Shown in pieces: positions 1-8,700 of a stretch of 64,000 nt of DNA (position 1 is its first letter; each line of letters begins with the position of its first letter). The notes beneath the pieces were generated by a model. The model did no database searches. It was not told the DNA's origin and was given only the letters and a program-made list of their open reading frames with translations. The DNA lies in IMG/VR virus record IMGVR_UViG_3300007770_001284, positions 1-64,000 of that record; one strand, written 5' to 3'. A program made the translations under genes and the position numbers.

Positions 1-69
1 TATCATCGATTATCACGAATCTAAATACCTAGCCGTAATGCTTCTTGGTGTTGGTGATGATAATCCCGC

Positions 70-98
70 TTGACACACTTCTGAAATAATGTTATGAT
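70..98 (+). promoter_or_regulatory. sigma70-type promoter
   Basis: TTGACA (70-75), 17-bp spacer, TATGAT (93-98), with extended -10 TG at 90-91. Confidence 0.75.
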
Positions 99-104
99 CC
101 TTTA

Positions 105-206
105 ATGGGCGATCAGAAGCTGTGGGACGAAAATCGACACTCTACATATGAAGAGCTAGAGCGTAGACTAGAGCACTGGGCAGGACGAATGAGGCCAGTA
201 AGATGA
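105..206 (+). CDS. 33-aa hypothetical peptide
   Basis: ATG just after the promoter; MGDQKLWDENRH...; stop overlaps the next start (ATGA). Confidence 0.4.
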   Translation: MGDQKLWDENRHSTYEELERRLEHWAGRMRPVR

Positions 207-604
207 AAATTACAAAAAGACAATTGAGAAGAATTATTAAGGAAGAGTTAGAGTACGGGGAGTTCGCACGAACACCGGAAGTTCAGGCAATGCTCCAAGC
301 TGCTGGCTTCAATGCCGATGGTAGCTTCGGTATGGATGGCTATCCTGGTCCTGCCGATTGGCGATTATACGCTCCAGAAACTATAGAAGATGCAGAGCGT
401 TGGATCGATGCTGCCATCGCTATGAATGATGCGCTGAGGCAAGCAGAGACAGCGCTGGATCGAGGCACATACCAGTACGCAAGCGATGCATGGCAGAAGA
501 TCGTCTATCCAGTCCAAATTGAATATAGCGATACTGGCGCGGCAGACACCGAAGGTCGAGAAGTCGCCGGTAACTGGCTTGAAAAAGCAGGATTTGAGTG
601 GTAA
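203..604 (+). CDS. leader-tagged protein (MKITKRQLRRIIKEE); paralog of 21792..22205
   Basis: N-terminal leader motif; shares GYPGPADW, VYPVQI and GAADTEGR with 21792..22205. Confidence 0.85.
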   Translation: MKITKRQLRRIIKEELEYGEFARTPEVQAMLQAAGFNADGSFGMDGYPGPADWRLYAPETIEDAERWIDAAIAMNDALRQAETALDRGTYQYASDAWQKIVYPVQIEYSDTGAADTEGREVAGNWLEKAGFEW

Positions 605-605
605 A

Positions 606-863
606 ATGAAAATTAGTAATCGTCGATTGCTACAGATCATCAAGGAAGAGTTAGAGACTCCTCCGTATGTGTTAGAGCGAAGTGGAGTGAGCTGGGATGA
701 ACGCTTCTTTGTTGAGATTGTCGGAGGAAGAACGATCGTATACGGTCCATTCGAGCTAGCAGAGCAGTTCTTGAGCATACAAGACGCAGAGCGAGCGCAG
801 CGCATTATTGATGATATCGACGGCTACTACACGTCTGTTCGTCCCACAAGCTTTTTCCAGTAA
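606..863 (+). CDS. leader-tagged protein (MKISNRRLLQIIKEE)
   Basis: ATG at 606 in TAAAATG context; start trimmed from track ORF 486..863. Confidence 0.8.
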   Translation: MKISNRRLLQIIKEELETPPYVLERSGVSWDERFFVEIVGGRTIVYGPFELAEQFLSIQDAERAQRIIDDIDGYYTSVRPTSFFQ

Positions 864-894
864 AAAAACTCGACAGATCTATTAGAATAACGGT

Positions 895-1623
895 ATGATT
901 GTACCGATATGCATCGGCATGCCAAGATCGGCATCTCGGATGACATGGCAACTGGCTAAACAACTGTCACCGCCAGAACCAAGCTGGTGGCAGGATAGAA
1001 TGAATATTGATGCCCCGAGTGCTCGCGTAGAGAACCCACAGGATTCTCCTTGGCCACACAGGTCTCACAACTATGTTTCTGGTAGCGATCCTGTAATCTA
1101 TACATACCGGAACCCTGTGGAGGCATACCTTTCTTTTCTTTCAAGGGTGAGCCCGGCGGTGGTATGGTATCCTAATCGAACAGCAGTAAATGAGATCCTA
1201 CAACACGTTCGAACACAGAGAAAATTGCAGCTAGACAAAGGAAGGGCAAGAAATGTCTTGTGGCTACGATACGAAGACTATTTCGGTGATGACAGAAAAC
1301 GACTTAATGACATCATGGAATTTATGGGAGTAGTAAGATCGCCCGCTGAACAAGAGAATATTCTAAAATATGTGAGCCTTTCTGCAAATCGAGCAAGATC
1401 AAAAGACATTCCGACCAATATTGATGATGCTGTGGCTTTTCACAAGTGGGAGAATACAGTGACCGGAATCCAGGGTCATCATATCAATGAAGCCACGCAA
1501 GGCCGAGTTGGTGCTTATATAGATGCTTATCCTGATGAAGTATCTCAGATTAGGTCAGCTCGACCCAACGAGCCTCTTGGCGAGTTACGACTTTTTGCCG
1601 AGTCACTTGGATATACGGTGTAG
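895..1623 (+). CDS. sulfotransferase-family protein (Sulfotransfer_1-like)
   Basis: 5'-PSB-like GMPRSASRM, 3'-PB-like YTYRNPVEAYLS, LRYED motif. Confidence 0.7.
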   Translation: MIVPICIGMPRSASRMTWQLAKQLSPPEPSWWQDRMNIDAPSARVENPQDSPWPHRSHNYVSGSDPVIYTYRNPVEAYLSFLSRVSPAVVWYPNRTAVNEILQHVRTQRKLQLDKGRARNVLWLRYEDYFGDDRKRLNDIMEFMGVVRSPAEQENILKYVSLSANRARSKDIPTNIDDAVAFHKWENTVTGIQGHHINEATQGRVGAYIDAYPDEVSQIRSARPNEPLGELRLFAESLGYTV

Positions 1624-1624
1624 C

Positions 1625-2086
1625 ATGCTTATTTTCATGTCTATTCTGGCTGGTGTCCTATATGCGAATCTAATTGAATATTGCATTCATCGTTATTTGT
1701 TCCACGGTTTTGGTCGATCGGGTTCAAGCGTCTTTGCATTCCACCTAAGAGTGCATCATTCGATAGCTAGAAGTAACGGGTTTCTTGATGACCGTGTGTC
1801 TCACAATGAGCTGATTGGACTACCGATCGTTGTCCTGCTTCATATTCCGTTCTTGTCGATACTTCCTGTGTTCTTCTACACCATCACGACATACGCATTC
1901 CTGTTCATCGTCGTCCATAACTTGATTCATCGTTATCCGCTTTTCGCACAACGATATTTTTGGTGGCACTGGAACCATCATATGCGGAACCAGAATAAGA
2001 GCTGGGGTGTTGTATTACCGATCACTGACGTCATAGTCGGAACGCTAGAAGACAACAGGATCAAGACTAAGAATCGGCGCGGCTAA
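1625..2086 (+). CDS. fatty acid hydroxylase / sterol desaturase superfamily membrane enzyme
   Basis: His boxes EYCIHRYLFH, HLRVHH, HNLIH, HWNHH; terminal WGVVLPITDVIVGT; hydrophobic segments. Confidence 0.85.
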   Translation: MLIFMSILAGVLYANLIEYCIHRYLFHGFGRSGSSVFAFHLRVHHSIARSNGFLDDRVSHNELIGLPIVVLLHIPFLSILPVFFYTITTYAFLFIVVHNLIHRYPLFAQRYFWWHWNHHMRNQNKSWGVVLPITDVIVGTLEDNRIKTKNRRG

Positions 2087-2094
2087 TAACAGAA
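2072..2094 (+). repeat. 23-bp direct repeat, copy 1 (AATCGGCGCGGCTAATAACAGAA)
   Basis: identical to 2641..2663; the pair flanks CDS 2165..2641. Confidence 0.9.
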
Positions 2095-2164
2095 AGAAAG
2101 TGTGTATTTATCGACCGCGAAGTCTAAAATAAGAAAGGTTCACAAATGAAAGGAGCAACCGATA

Positions 2165-2641
2165 ATGTCAATTTTTGAAACGCTGCGGGAAATGAATATG
2201 CCAGGAGACTCTGTTGTCAGTCTGTCTTTGAGCGAGGGCACCGATGTCTTCGTACATAACGAGTCAGAGGTCGAGACAGCGCTAACGGAGACAACTGTGG
2301 TATCAGAGTTTGCAGAGCTCGTCGCGACCAAGGGACTTGAAGTTACCACTGCATACGGAACGAACGTGCTTGACTCTCTCCGTGATGATGGTTTGCTGGA
2401 TGATTACGATCGAGAAGGGTGGTTCTCTGACTATCTTGCGGAGACGATGAACGATAACTTCTACGATCTAGATCTTATCGAGTATTCTACCGAGAAGTAC
2501 GATTACAAGCGCGGGTTCTGTACCTTGACCGCTGATGTCCGAGTCACTCTTGAGAATCTTCTTGATGTGTGTCCGCCTCTTACTGGGTGGGATGTTCAAG
2601 TGAAGACTCCAAACGGGACGCTCACTGTTACCAACGACTAA
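2165..2641 (+). CDS. acidic hypothetical protein
   Basis: 158-aa ORF with upstream AAGGAG Shine-Dalgarno. Confidence 0.8.
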   Translation: MSIFETLREMNMPGDSVVSLSLSEGTDVFVHNESEVETALTETTVVSEFAELVATKGLEVTTAYGTNVLDSLRDDGLLDDYDREGWFSDYLAETMNDNFYDLDLIEYSTEKYDYKRGFCTLTADVRVTLENLLDVCPPLTGWDVQVKTPNGTLTVTND

Positions 2642-2663
2642 ATCGGCGCGGCTAATAACAGAA
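2641..2663 (+). repeat. 23-bp direct repeat, copy 2
   Basis: identical to 2072..2094. Confidence 0.9.
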
Positions 2664-2678
2664 GTATTATAAGGTGCC

Positions 2679-3470
2679 ATGCATAAAAGAGAAATAATAC
2701 ACATACACATTCCAAAAACAGGCGGTACTTGGTTGAATGAGACCCTAGCAGCTGTTATTCCAGATTATTTTTCGTTTGGTGAGCGTGATCATGTAGCAGT
2801 TGGTGCGCAATTGGAAGGGATTAAGTCATGGAGACGTACGGCACAACAGGTTGTTGATGATATACCGTGTACGTTGGTTGTGGCGCCTACAGGACCAGCC
2901 AAATATCCGCAACGATATCTTTCGGCTACCAAAATCAGCGTGTGTCGAAATCCTTACGATCTTCTTGTCAGCTATTATTGCCATGACTGGGATTGTGCTG
3001 GTGCTCCAGCTAGTGCCGACCTTGGTGATCATCCTATGGGTTGGGACAATATCAATGCGATTCATGGGATTCGTGATTTTGATGGCTTCATAAAAAGATA
3101 TTGCGATCCGGATTTTAAGTGGCATCATGTGCACCGACAACGACACCTGTTTTACCAGATGTACGACGCATCGGGTAGCTGTGGTATCGATATTATCATG
3201 CGGAATGAACGATTGCACGAAGCAATAAGCACATTTTTAGTATCAATGGATTATTGCACTGTTGATGAGATGAAAGTACATGATAGGCGAGTAAATACAT
3301 CTCCGGGAAAGACCCGAGATTATCGTAGTTATTATACTGATGAATTGATGGATCTTGTGACAGAGAAGTGCGCAAAAGAATTGCGAGATTATGCTTACGA
3401 TTTCGACGGCCCTACCGATGCCGACGCATTTCTTGAGAACAGTCGTGAATTGTATTACGATTTTGCCTGA
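2679..3470 (+). CDS. sulfotransferase family 2 protein
   Basis: IHIHIPKTGGT, VCRNPYDLLVSYY, C-terminal YRSYYTDEL...YDF. Confidence 0.85.
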   Translation: MHKREIIHIHIPKTGGTWLNETLAAVIPDYFSFGERDHVAVGAQLEGIKSWRRTAQQVVDDIPCTLVVAPTGPAKYPQRYLSATKISVCRNPYDLLVSYYCHDWDCAGAPASADLGDHPMGWDNINAIHGIRDFDGFIKRYCDPDFKWHHVHRQRHLFYQMYDASGSCGIDIIMRNERLHEAISTFLVSMDYCTVDEMKVHDRRVNTSPGKTRDYRSYYTDELMDLVTEKCAKELRDYAYDFDGPTDADAFLENSRELYYDFA

Positions 3471-3480
3471 TGTTGATGGT

Positions 3481-3526
3481 GGCTAATAACAGAAATCCCT
3501 AAAGGAAGAGAGCAATGCAGAAGAAG
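3481..3526 (+). repeat. 46-bp direct repeat, copy 1 (GGCTAATAACAGAAATCCCTAAAGGAAGAGAGCAATGCAGAAGAAG)
   Basis: matches 4669..4714 with 1 mismatch; includes the SD and the first codons MQKK. Confidence 0.9.
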
Positions 3527-4690
3527 TCAACCCGCAAGAAAACCTCTGAAAAGATTATCCACATACACCAATCAAAGACCGGTGGCACTTGGTTGAACAC
3601 GATACTACCGAAGTATCTAAAAAACGATTATATTGCTATGCCAACCGCATACAATATAGCATCGCAGGTCTGGAAGTATGGAGACGCTGGAGCTCGTTTA
3701 AACCTCTCCCGGAAACATCTTAACGATATCTATCACAGCCCTGAATTTCATGATGTAACAAAAGTCAGTATTTGTAGGAATCCATTCGATTATCTTGTAA
3801 GTCGATATCATCAAGATGGCTTCCAGGGCACGTTTCACCCATTAGAAAAATATAGCATCCCCGGGGTACCAGCTGGAATGGATTGTGCTAACGTAGTTCA
3901 TAAAATAGGTTCTTTTGACGAGTATATCAAAAAATACTGCGACCCGGACTTTCCCTTTGTGGACCCGGATACTAGAACGTTTTTCTTTCATACGATGTTT
4001 CAAGTAGACGGATCGTGCGGTGTCGACATAATAATAAGAAATGAGATGCTTAATTCTGCTGTTGGAAAGATTGTGAGTCTACACTCTCGTTTTCGGGGTA
4101 AAGAGGAGGAGGTAAGACAGGAGATTTTACAAGAATCTATCATCAATGCTTCACCCGCGCGCGAGAAGAAAGATTACAGATCATATTACACTGATGAGTT
4201 ACGTGAATTGGTCGAAAAAAAATGTGATGCTGAACTGATGTTATTTGAATATGACTTCGATGGACCGATTAATGATTATGAGTTTATTAATCCAGACGGA
4301 TTATTCTATCATGTCATGACTTTAACAGCGATGAAAAATGTTAACCCTACAATGAAATCAGATATCCAAGAGGGTATCGTGCGCGCAATGGACATGATTT
4401 TCAACGGCCCTGACGGAATTGATCAGGAGGGATTAAAGATGCTAATGGCAGCTCATCACCATATCACACCAAATGTATTTCTTCCATACGATTCGAACAC
4501 TCTTGTATGGAATGTGGGAAATGATTGGAATGACAATCCAATCTGGAAGATGCTGCCCTCTCAAGTGAGAGTAAGCGGGGTTGGCCTTAAACGATGGGGA
4601 GTGACTGACGAAGAGATAGCACAAGCAAAGGCGAGTAACAACGGCGATGTGCTAGCCCTGCTCCGCGCGGCTAAAAACAGAAATCCCTAA
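3515..4690 (+). CDS. sulfotransferase family 2 protein with C-terminal extension; paralog of 2679..3470
   Basis: IHIHQSKTGGTWLN, ICRNPFDYLVS, KKYCDPDF, GSCGVDIIIRNE and YRSYYTDEL shared with the upstream gene. Confidence 0.85.
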   Translation: MQKKSTRKKTSEKIIHIHQSKTGGTWLNTILPKYLKNDYIAMPTAYNIASQVWKYGDAGARLNLSRKHLNDIYHSPEFHDVTKVSICRNPFDYLVSRYHQDGFQGTFHPLEKYSIPGVPAGMDCANVVHKIGSFDEYIKKYCDPDFPFVDPDTRTFFFHTMFQVDGSCGVDIIIRNEMLNSAVGKIVSLHSRFRGKEEEVRQEILQESIINASPAREKKDYRSYYTDELRELVEKKCDAELMLFEYDFDGPINDYEFINPDGLFYHVMTLTAMKNVNPTMKSDIQEGIVRAMDMIFNGPDGIDQEGLKMLMAAHHHITPNVFLPYDSNTLVWNVGNDWNDNPIWKMLPSQVRVSGVGLKRWGVTDEEIAQAKASNNGDVLALLRAAKNRNP

Positions 4691-4714
4691 AGGAAGAGAG
4701 CAATGCAGAAGAAG
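4669..4714 (+). repeat. 46-bp direct repeat, copy 2
   Basis: see 3481..3526. Confidence 0.9.
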
Positions 4715-4918
4715 CCAGTAAAGAGGAAGAAGAGAGTCAAAGAAAGAGACATGCAGTGGGAAGTAAGAGAGGTAGGAGAGAGAGGCTACGGTGTCTTCCT
4801 CATGGACGAGTACTGCGCTACAGACGAGCCTGTGTGCTATGGTGTCAGTTACTCCAAAGACACTGCCGACAATCGATGTGACCGTCTCAACAACCCGCTG
4901 CACAGAGAAGATATATGA
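4703..4918 (+). CDS. hypothetical protein
   Basis: 71-aa ORF with SD AAGGA; start lies inside repeat copy 2. Confidence 0.7.
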   Translation: MQKKPVKRKKRVKERDMQWEVREVGERGYGVFLMDEYCATDEPVCYGVSYSKDTADNRCDRLNNPLHREDI

Positions 4919-5682
4919 GTCATTATTTAAAATACGCAAAGAATCGATTCTCCCAGAACGGTGAAGACGGTATCCTAGACCAGCTGTTCAAGGACTTGCA
5001 TATCGAGGCAGGTATCGTTGTTGAGTTCGGCGCCTGGGATGGTGTGTATCTTAGTAACACTTACCTGTTATGGAGGTACAAGGACTTCGACGCGGTACTG
5101 ATAGAAAGCGATCTGTGTAAAGCGACAGAACTAGTCTCCGTGACAAGAGGTTTCGATAACGTGGAGGCTGTATACGCTGCGGTGTCTCCTGTTAAAGACC
5201 ACAAGAATTCGCTCGACAATATGTTGGATCGTTCTGCCTTTGATGTTACGGAAGACTCGCTTGCGTTGGTCTCTAGTGATATCGACGGATCCGATTATGG
5301 CATATTCGAGTCTATGGAACGGCATCTTCCAAAAGTTGCTCTTATCGAGACATCCACCGGACCAGATCCACATTCTGGTAATTTGAGACAACTGACCGAT
5401 CTAGCGGAAGCAAAAGGATATACGCTAGTATGTCATACTGGTAATGCGGTCTACGTAAGGAACGATCTTATGCATCATCTAGACCATATAGACTTCGTAT
5501 ACGAAGATATGTGTTGTACTGAAGACGATGTAACTGCGCTACAAAATATCGGCTCTGAGGGTAAGAGTCGAATACCCACAATATACCGTCCTACCCGTGC
5601 GACGACGACTACGTACTTGAATTCTGTTACTAAAGAGATAGCGGCATGCAAGGCCCTCTCTGAGTCGGTGACAGGTGGCTAA
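4915..5682 (+). CDS. FkbM-like SAM-dependent methyltransferase
   Basis: SQNGEDGIL, VVEFGAWDG..LSNT, DIDGSDY, LVCHTGNAVY. Confidence 0.75.
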   Translation: MSHYLKYAKNRFSQNGEDGILDQLFKDLHIEAGIVVEFGAWDGVYLSNTYLLWRYKDFDAVLIESDLCKATELVSVTRGFDNVEAVYAAVSPVKDHKNSLDNMLDRSAFDVTEDSLALVSSDIDGSDYGIFESMERHLPKVALIETSTGPDPHSGNLRQLTDLAEAKGYTLVCHTGNAVYVRNDLMHHLDHIDFVYEDMCCTEDDVTALQNIGSEGKSRIPTIYRPTRATTTTYLNSVTKEIAACKALSESVTGG

Positions 5683-5797
5683 ACGACCATATGTCTTGGG
5701 TCGACAGGGGTAGTTTTTGCACTAGTGCCCTCGGTCGCTCTCCACGTGGAGTATAAAAAAAAGGGAGAATTGAAATCTCTCCTTAGCCCCCGTACGG

Positions 5798-5972
5798 GTG
5801 AGACATTTTTTTGTCTCACTTTTGTATCACATTCTGTAACATTTTTATGTATCATTTGTTACGGTGTTACATTTTTTTGTAACACTATTCCGTAACATTT
5901 ATGTCTCACTTCGGTGGATCTCTCACGCTCAACTCCTCTCAAGTATATTATTGTAACATTACACGTCTCACT
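5798..5972. repeat. iterated TGWNWCA/GTAACA motifs and GTGAGACA-T6-TGTCTCAC inverted repeat in a non-coding region
   Basis: GTAACA at 5836, 5879, 5892, 5953; TGTTAC at 5857, 5865; GTATCA at 5824, 5849; GTCTCACT at 5813, 5903, 5965. Confidence 0.85.
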
Positions 5973-6054
5973 GTTCACGACTGTTTTCCACGAGAGCGTA
6001 CGCTGAGTCTACCCGGCGCGGGGGCGGAAGTGAAAAAAAAGTTTTAACATTATC

Positions 6055-6083
6055 ATGAACAACATCGGCTAACCTCTTATTAT
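6055..6083 (+). promoter_or_regulatory. sigma70-type promoter for 6139..6363
   Basis: ATGAAC-N17-TATTAT; followed by a 5' hairpin GTTGGGGA/TCCTCAAC. Confidence 0.55.
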
Positions 6084-6138
6084 TGGACCACGTTGGGGAT
6101 GGCTCCTCAACATTAACCATGAAGGATGGAAAAAATAA

Positions 6139-6363
6139 ATGCCGTATAGCAAGAATCAGTCCACCAAGCGCTTTAGTTTTGGTATCACACGTAACTCCAC
6201 CAGCAAGAAGGCTGGCGCGAATGTCGTAACAATCGCAACCAACGCGGACGACAGTATGTACTACTCGACCCCCACCACGCAGCTCTCAATGACTGTCAAG
6301 GAAGCCCGAGTACTTCAGAGTTTCCTCAACGAGACTCTCGAGAGTGATATCAGCGTAGGGTAA
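6139..6363 (+). CDS. 74-aa monocistronic hypothetical protein
   Basis: ORF between its own promoter and a strong terminator. Confidence 0.8.
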   Translation: MPYSKNQSTKRFSFGITRNSTSKKAGANVVTIATNADDSMYYSTPTTQLSMTVKEARVLQSFLNETLESDISVG

Positions 6364-6382
6364 TTTTTTACCGACGTGATTT

Positions 6383-6413
6383 AAAGCCGGGGATTTTTCC
6401 CCGGCTTTTTTTT
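6383..6413 (+). terminator. Rho-independent terminator
   Basis: AAAGCCGGGGA-TTTT-TCCCCGGCTTT followed by a T run. Confidence 0.9.
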
Positions 6414-6440
6414 GAACAAAAGGCCGAGCGCTCTTACTAT
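6412..6440 (+). promoter_or_regulatory. sigma70-type promoter for candidate ncRNA
   Basis: TTGAAC-N17-TACTAT; predicted +1 at G6447 coincides with the start of the closing stem. Confidence 0.65.
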
Positions 6441-6446
6441 TGAATT

Positions 6447-6660
6447 GGATCAGGGAGAGGTAAGAAGATGCCGTAGAAACTCGGGGAATGTGGAAGCGGA
6501 AAAAGTCAGCGCGTTGGGGGGACGCAAGGGTGATGTCATCGCCGTGTTTGGGAATGGTGGAACGTCGGCGAAAGCGGTGACGCAAACGAACCGTCAGACC
6601 GCAACATCGCCCGGGTGGTCGGGTCCGAGTTCCGACCACCCACTCCCCCTTCCCTGGTCC
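6447..6660 (+). ncRNA. candidate novel structured ncRNA (~214 nt)
   Basis: closing stem 6447-6456/6651-6660; stems 6528-36/6604-12, 6539-44/6566-71, 6574-78/6598-6602, 6613-22/6632-41. Confidence 0.65.
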
Positions 6661-6691
6661 GATTTACGGAGGAAAATATTTTGCACAGCGC

Positions 6692-6720
6692 GTGCAAAAC
6701 TAGTGGTAATGTGGTACAAT
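6692..6720 (+). promoter_or_regulatory. conserved early promoter, copy 1
   Basis: GTGCAA-N17-TACAAT with extended -10 TG; same motif at 8606, 10068, 13323. Confidence 0.85.
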
Positions 6721-6765
6721 ATAATTGAATGGAGGGATTGGTTCCCCCACTAACTTAGGAAGTAT

Positions 6766-7581
6766 ATGAGACTCCGTGACTACAAAGCCCTCCTCGTATC
6801 AGACCGCAAAGCGGCGATGCTATTCGATCTAACTGAGCGCCACCCACGCGGACCAGAAGCTAAGCTCCGCGCACGTGACTACGAGCCACACGAGGGTTAT
6901 TACAATAACGTCGGTGCTGTGCTGGTGCTGAAAGAGTCTTCAATCCCGGCGACAGCTGAAGGATCACCCGCTACCGGGGGATGGGACCCTCGCGAGATTT
7001 ACGAAATCGAATCCGGCGAGTGGGAGCTTAAGCGACTCCTCGAGCGTATCGAAGTACCTGAGGATGTCGGTCGTGGGTCAACTTGGGGAGTCCAAGATGG
7101 CAATCGGAAGCTGTTCCCCGGGGGAGGATCGGCACTGACTCGTAGGTCCCGCCGCGCTAGCGGACGTATCTACCAAGCGAAGCGGTGGGTCAAGGAAAAT
7201 ATCAAGACTGCTATCTACAGCGTCTCCCTCGGCTACGGCACTGAGGTCCACGTCCACGGTGACAGTGACGAACAAGCGTTCATGCAGTACGAAATGTTCC
7301 TCAAGGGTGGAGTGGCCGGAATCCCGGACGCTCGTAAAGGGTACGACAATCAAGCTCGCTACGTTAAGCCGGCCGATAGTCCGACCGCGCTGATGACTCT
7401 CAACTCGAAGTTCGTCAATGACATGGACAGTCAGGTTGCTGCTAGCCTGGCTAACATTGAAAAGCTGAAGAAGGAAGTGGAAGCGATGAAGGCCGCTAGG
7501 GAGTTGGTGTACAGCTACTCGGTCAACATGGCAGCTACCTACGGTATCGATGATGATGAAGATGACGAGGCGGCAGCATAA
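6766..7581 (+). CDS. hypothetical early protein with C-terminal coiled coil and acidic tail
   Basis: 271-aa ORF with SD AGGAAG; first gene after the promoter at 6692. Confidence 0.85.
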   Translation: MRLRDYKALLVSDRKAAMLFDLTERHPRGPEAKLRARDYEPHEGYYNNVGAVLVLKESSIPATAEGSPATGGWDPREIYEIESGEWELKRLLERIEVPEDVGRGSTWGVQDGNRKLFPGGGSALTRRSRRASGRIYQAKRWVKENIKTAIYSVSLGYGTEVHVHGDSDEQAFMQYEMFLKGGVAGIPDARKGYDNQARYVKPADSPTALMTLNSKFVNDMDSQVAASLANIEKLKKEVEAMKAARELVYSYSVNMAATYGIDDDEDDEAAA

Positions 7582-7844
7582 TGGAAGAAGAACGTACACT
7601 CGGTCCACCTCAGATCCACGTCGGACTGTTCGCTCAAGCACATGAATTCGTGGATGAGTTGTGCGCCGGTATTGTCTATGGCGCGGCAGTCCAAGAGCTG
7701 GCCACACAGCAAGTCAGGATAACCACTGCGCTGGCTGAGACGAAATCTTTGGACGATCCAGGCGTGCAAGAATTGGCGGAGATTGACATGGAGATGGAAT
7801 TGAAGTGGCAACTTGCGTCTGAATTGTTTGGTATCGAGGCTTAA
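7581..7844 (+). CDS. hypothetical protein
   Basis: 87 aa; TAATG-coupled to the upstream gene. Confidence 0.75.
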   Translation: MEEERTLGPPQIHVGLFAQAHEFVDELCAGIVYGAAVQELATQQVRITTALAETKSLDDPGVQELAEIDMEMELKWQLASELFGIEA

Positions 7845-7882
7845 CTAACACCATATTTAATAAGGAATGGAGGTAATGTCGA

Positions 7883-8170
7883 ATGGCAGATAATCTCGCA
7901 GTCTTTCACACTCTCTCGAAAACGTTGGATAATACTGAACTACGTGCAGCAATCAATATTCTGATTCGTGAGCGTAAATCCCGTGATGAGAGAAAGTCCA
8001 ATGATAATAGGTACTTGCTTAAGGTCGGTGACCGCGTTGAGTGGAACGGTCGAGCTGGGAATGCTACCGGTACTGTAACGAAGGTCAAGCGTAAGAAGGC
8101 TCTCGTCACGGAAGATATAATGAAGAGTCGGTGGGATATCCCGCTTAGCATGCTTACAAAGGTTTCATAG
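7883..8170 (+). CDS. hypothetical protein with C-terminal SH3/KOW-like domain
   Basis: LKVGDRVEW...GTVTKVKRKKALV...WDIPLSML; SD GGAGG. Confidence 0.8.
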   Translation: MADNLAVFHTLSKTLDNTELRAAINILIRERKSRDERKSNDNRYLLKVGDRVEWNGRAGNATGTVTKVKRKKALVTEDIMKSRWDIPLSMLTKVS

Positions 8171-8178
8171 GAGTCATC

Positions 8179-8352
8179 ATGGTTTGGACAGTCATATACA
8201 GCGAGGCGACCGTCAGCTATTCGATCACAATCACGACATGTGGCAACGATTACAACGAAGCGTTGCTAGAAGCAGAACGCCGCAAGCCACTTCACAGTAG
8301 TGTCTTCGCCATCCTAAAGGGAAGTCACACAGATACAGTCCGGTTCTACTAA
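8179..8352 (+). CDS. 57-aa hypothetical protein
   Basis: SD AGGAG; MVWTVIYSEATVSY...; below the track length cutoff. Confidence 0.65.
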   Translation: MVWTVIYSEATVSYSITITTCGNDYNEALLEAERRKPLHSSVFAILKGSHTDTVRFY

Positions 8353-8362
8353 GGAGGATACC

Positions 8363-8578
8363 GTGTCAGTAGCAGCAGAGAAGACTAGTCAAGAAAGTAG
8401 ATCGTATAGGAATTACGATTACATCAGCACGTCGTATTGCGACATGTGCAGGGTTCGAACCAGTGTCGTCAACATCGTGGCAACTGGTAGGAAAGTATGT
8501 GGCCGCTGCGATGAGGAACACTATCTCATCGTCGGTGAGCTGGAGAAGAACAGGTGGATGAGGACGGGGAGGCGGTGA
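8363..8578 (+). CDS. small zinc-ribbon protein
   Basis: CDMC...CGRC; SD AAGGAGG; GTG start. Confidence 0.7.
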   Translation: MSVAAEKTSQESRSYRNYDYISTSYCDMCRVRTSVVNIVATGRKVCGRCDEEHYLIVGELEKNRWMRTGRR

Positions 8579-8605
8579 AATAAAGTGAATTTTATTTGCA
8601 GCTTC

Positions 8606-8634
8606 GTGCAATTCTTCCCATAATATGGTACAAT
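8606..8634 (+). promoter_or_regulatory. conserved early promoter, copy 2
   Basis: GTGCAA-N17-TACAAT, then ATAAATGAAGG. Confidence 0.85.
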
Positions 8635-8700
8635 ATAAATGAAGGTGGGGAAAGGAAGAGGTCCTTCTCCCCCCAAATAGTCACCCACTAAGGACAAATC

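Noticed and set aside
6412-6753. 113-aa + strand ORF (and 6286..6639 on the minus strand)
   Set aside because: Starts inside a terminator, has no SD, spans two promoters, and coincides with an extensively paired RNA structure.
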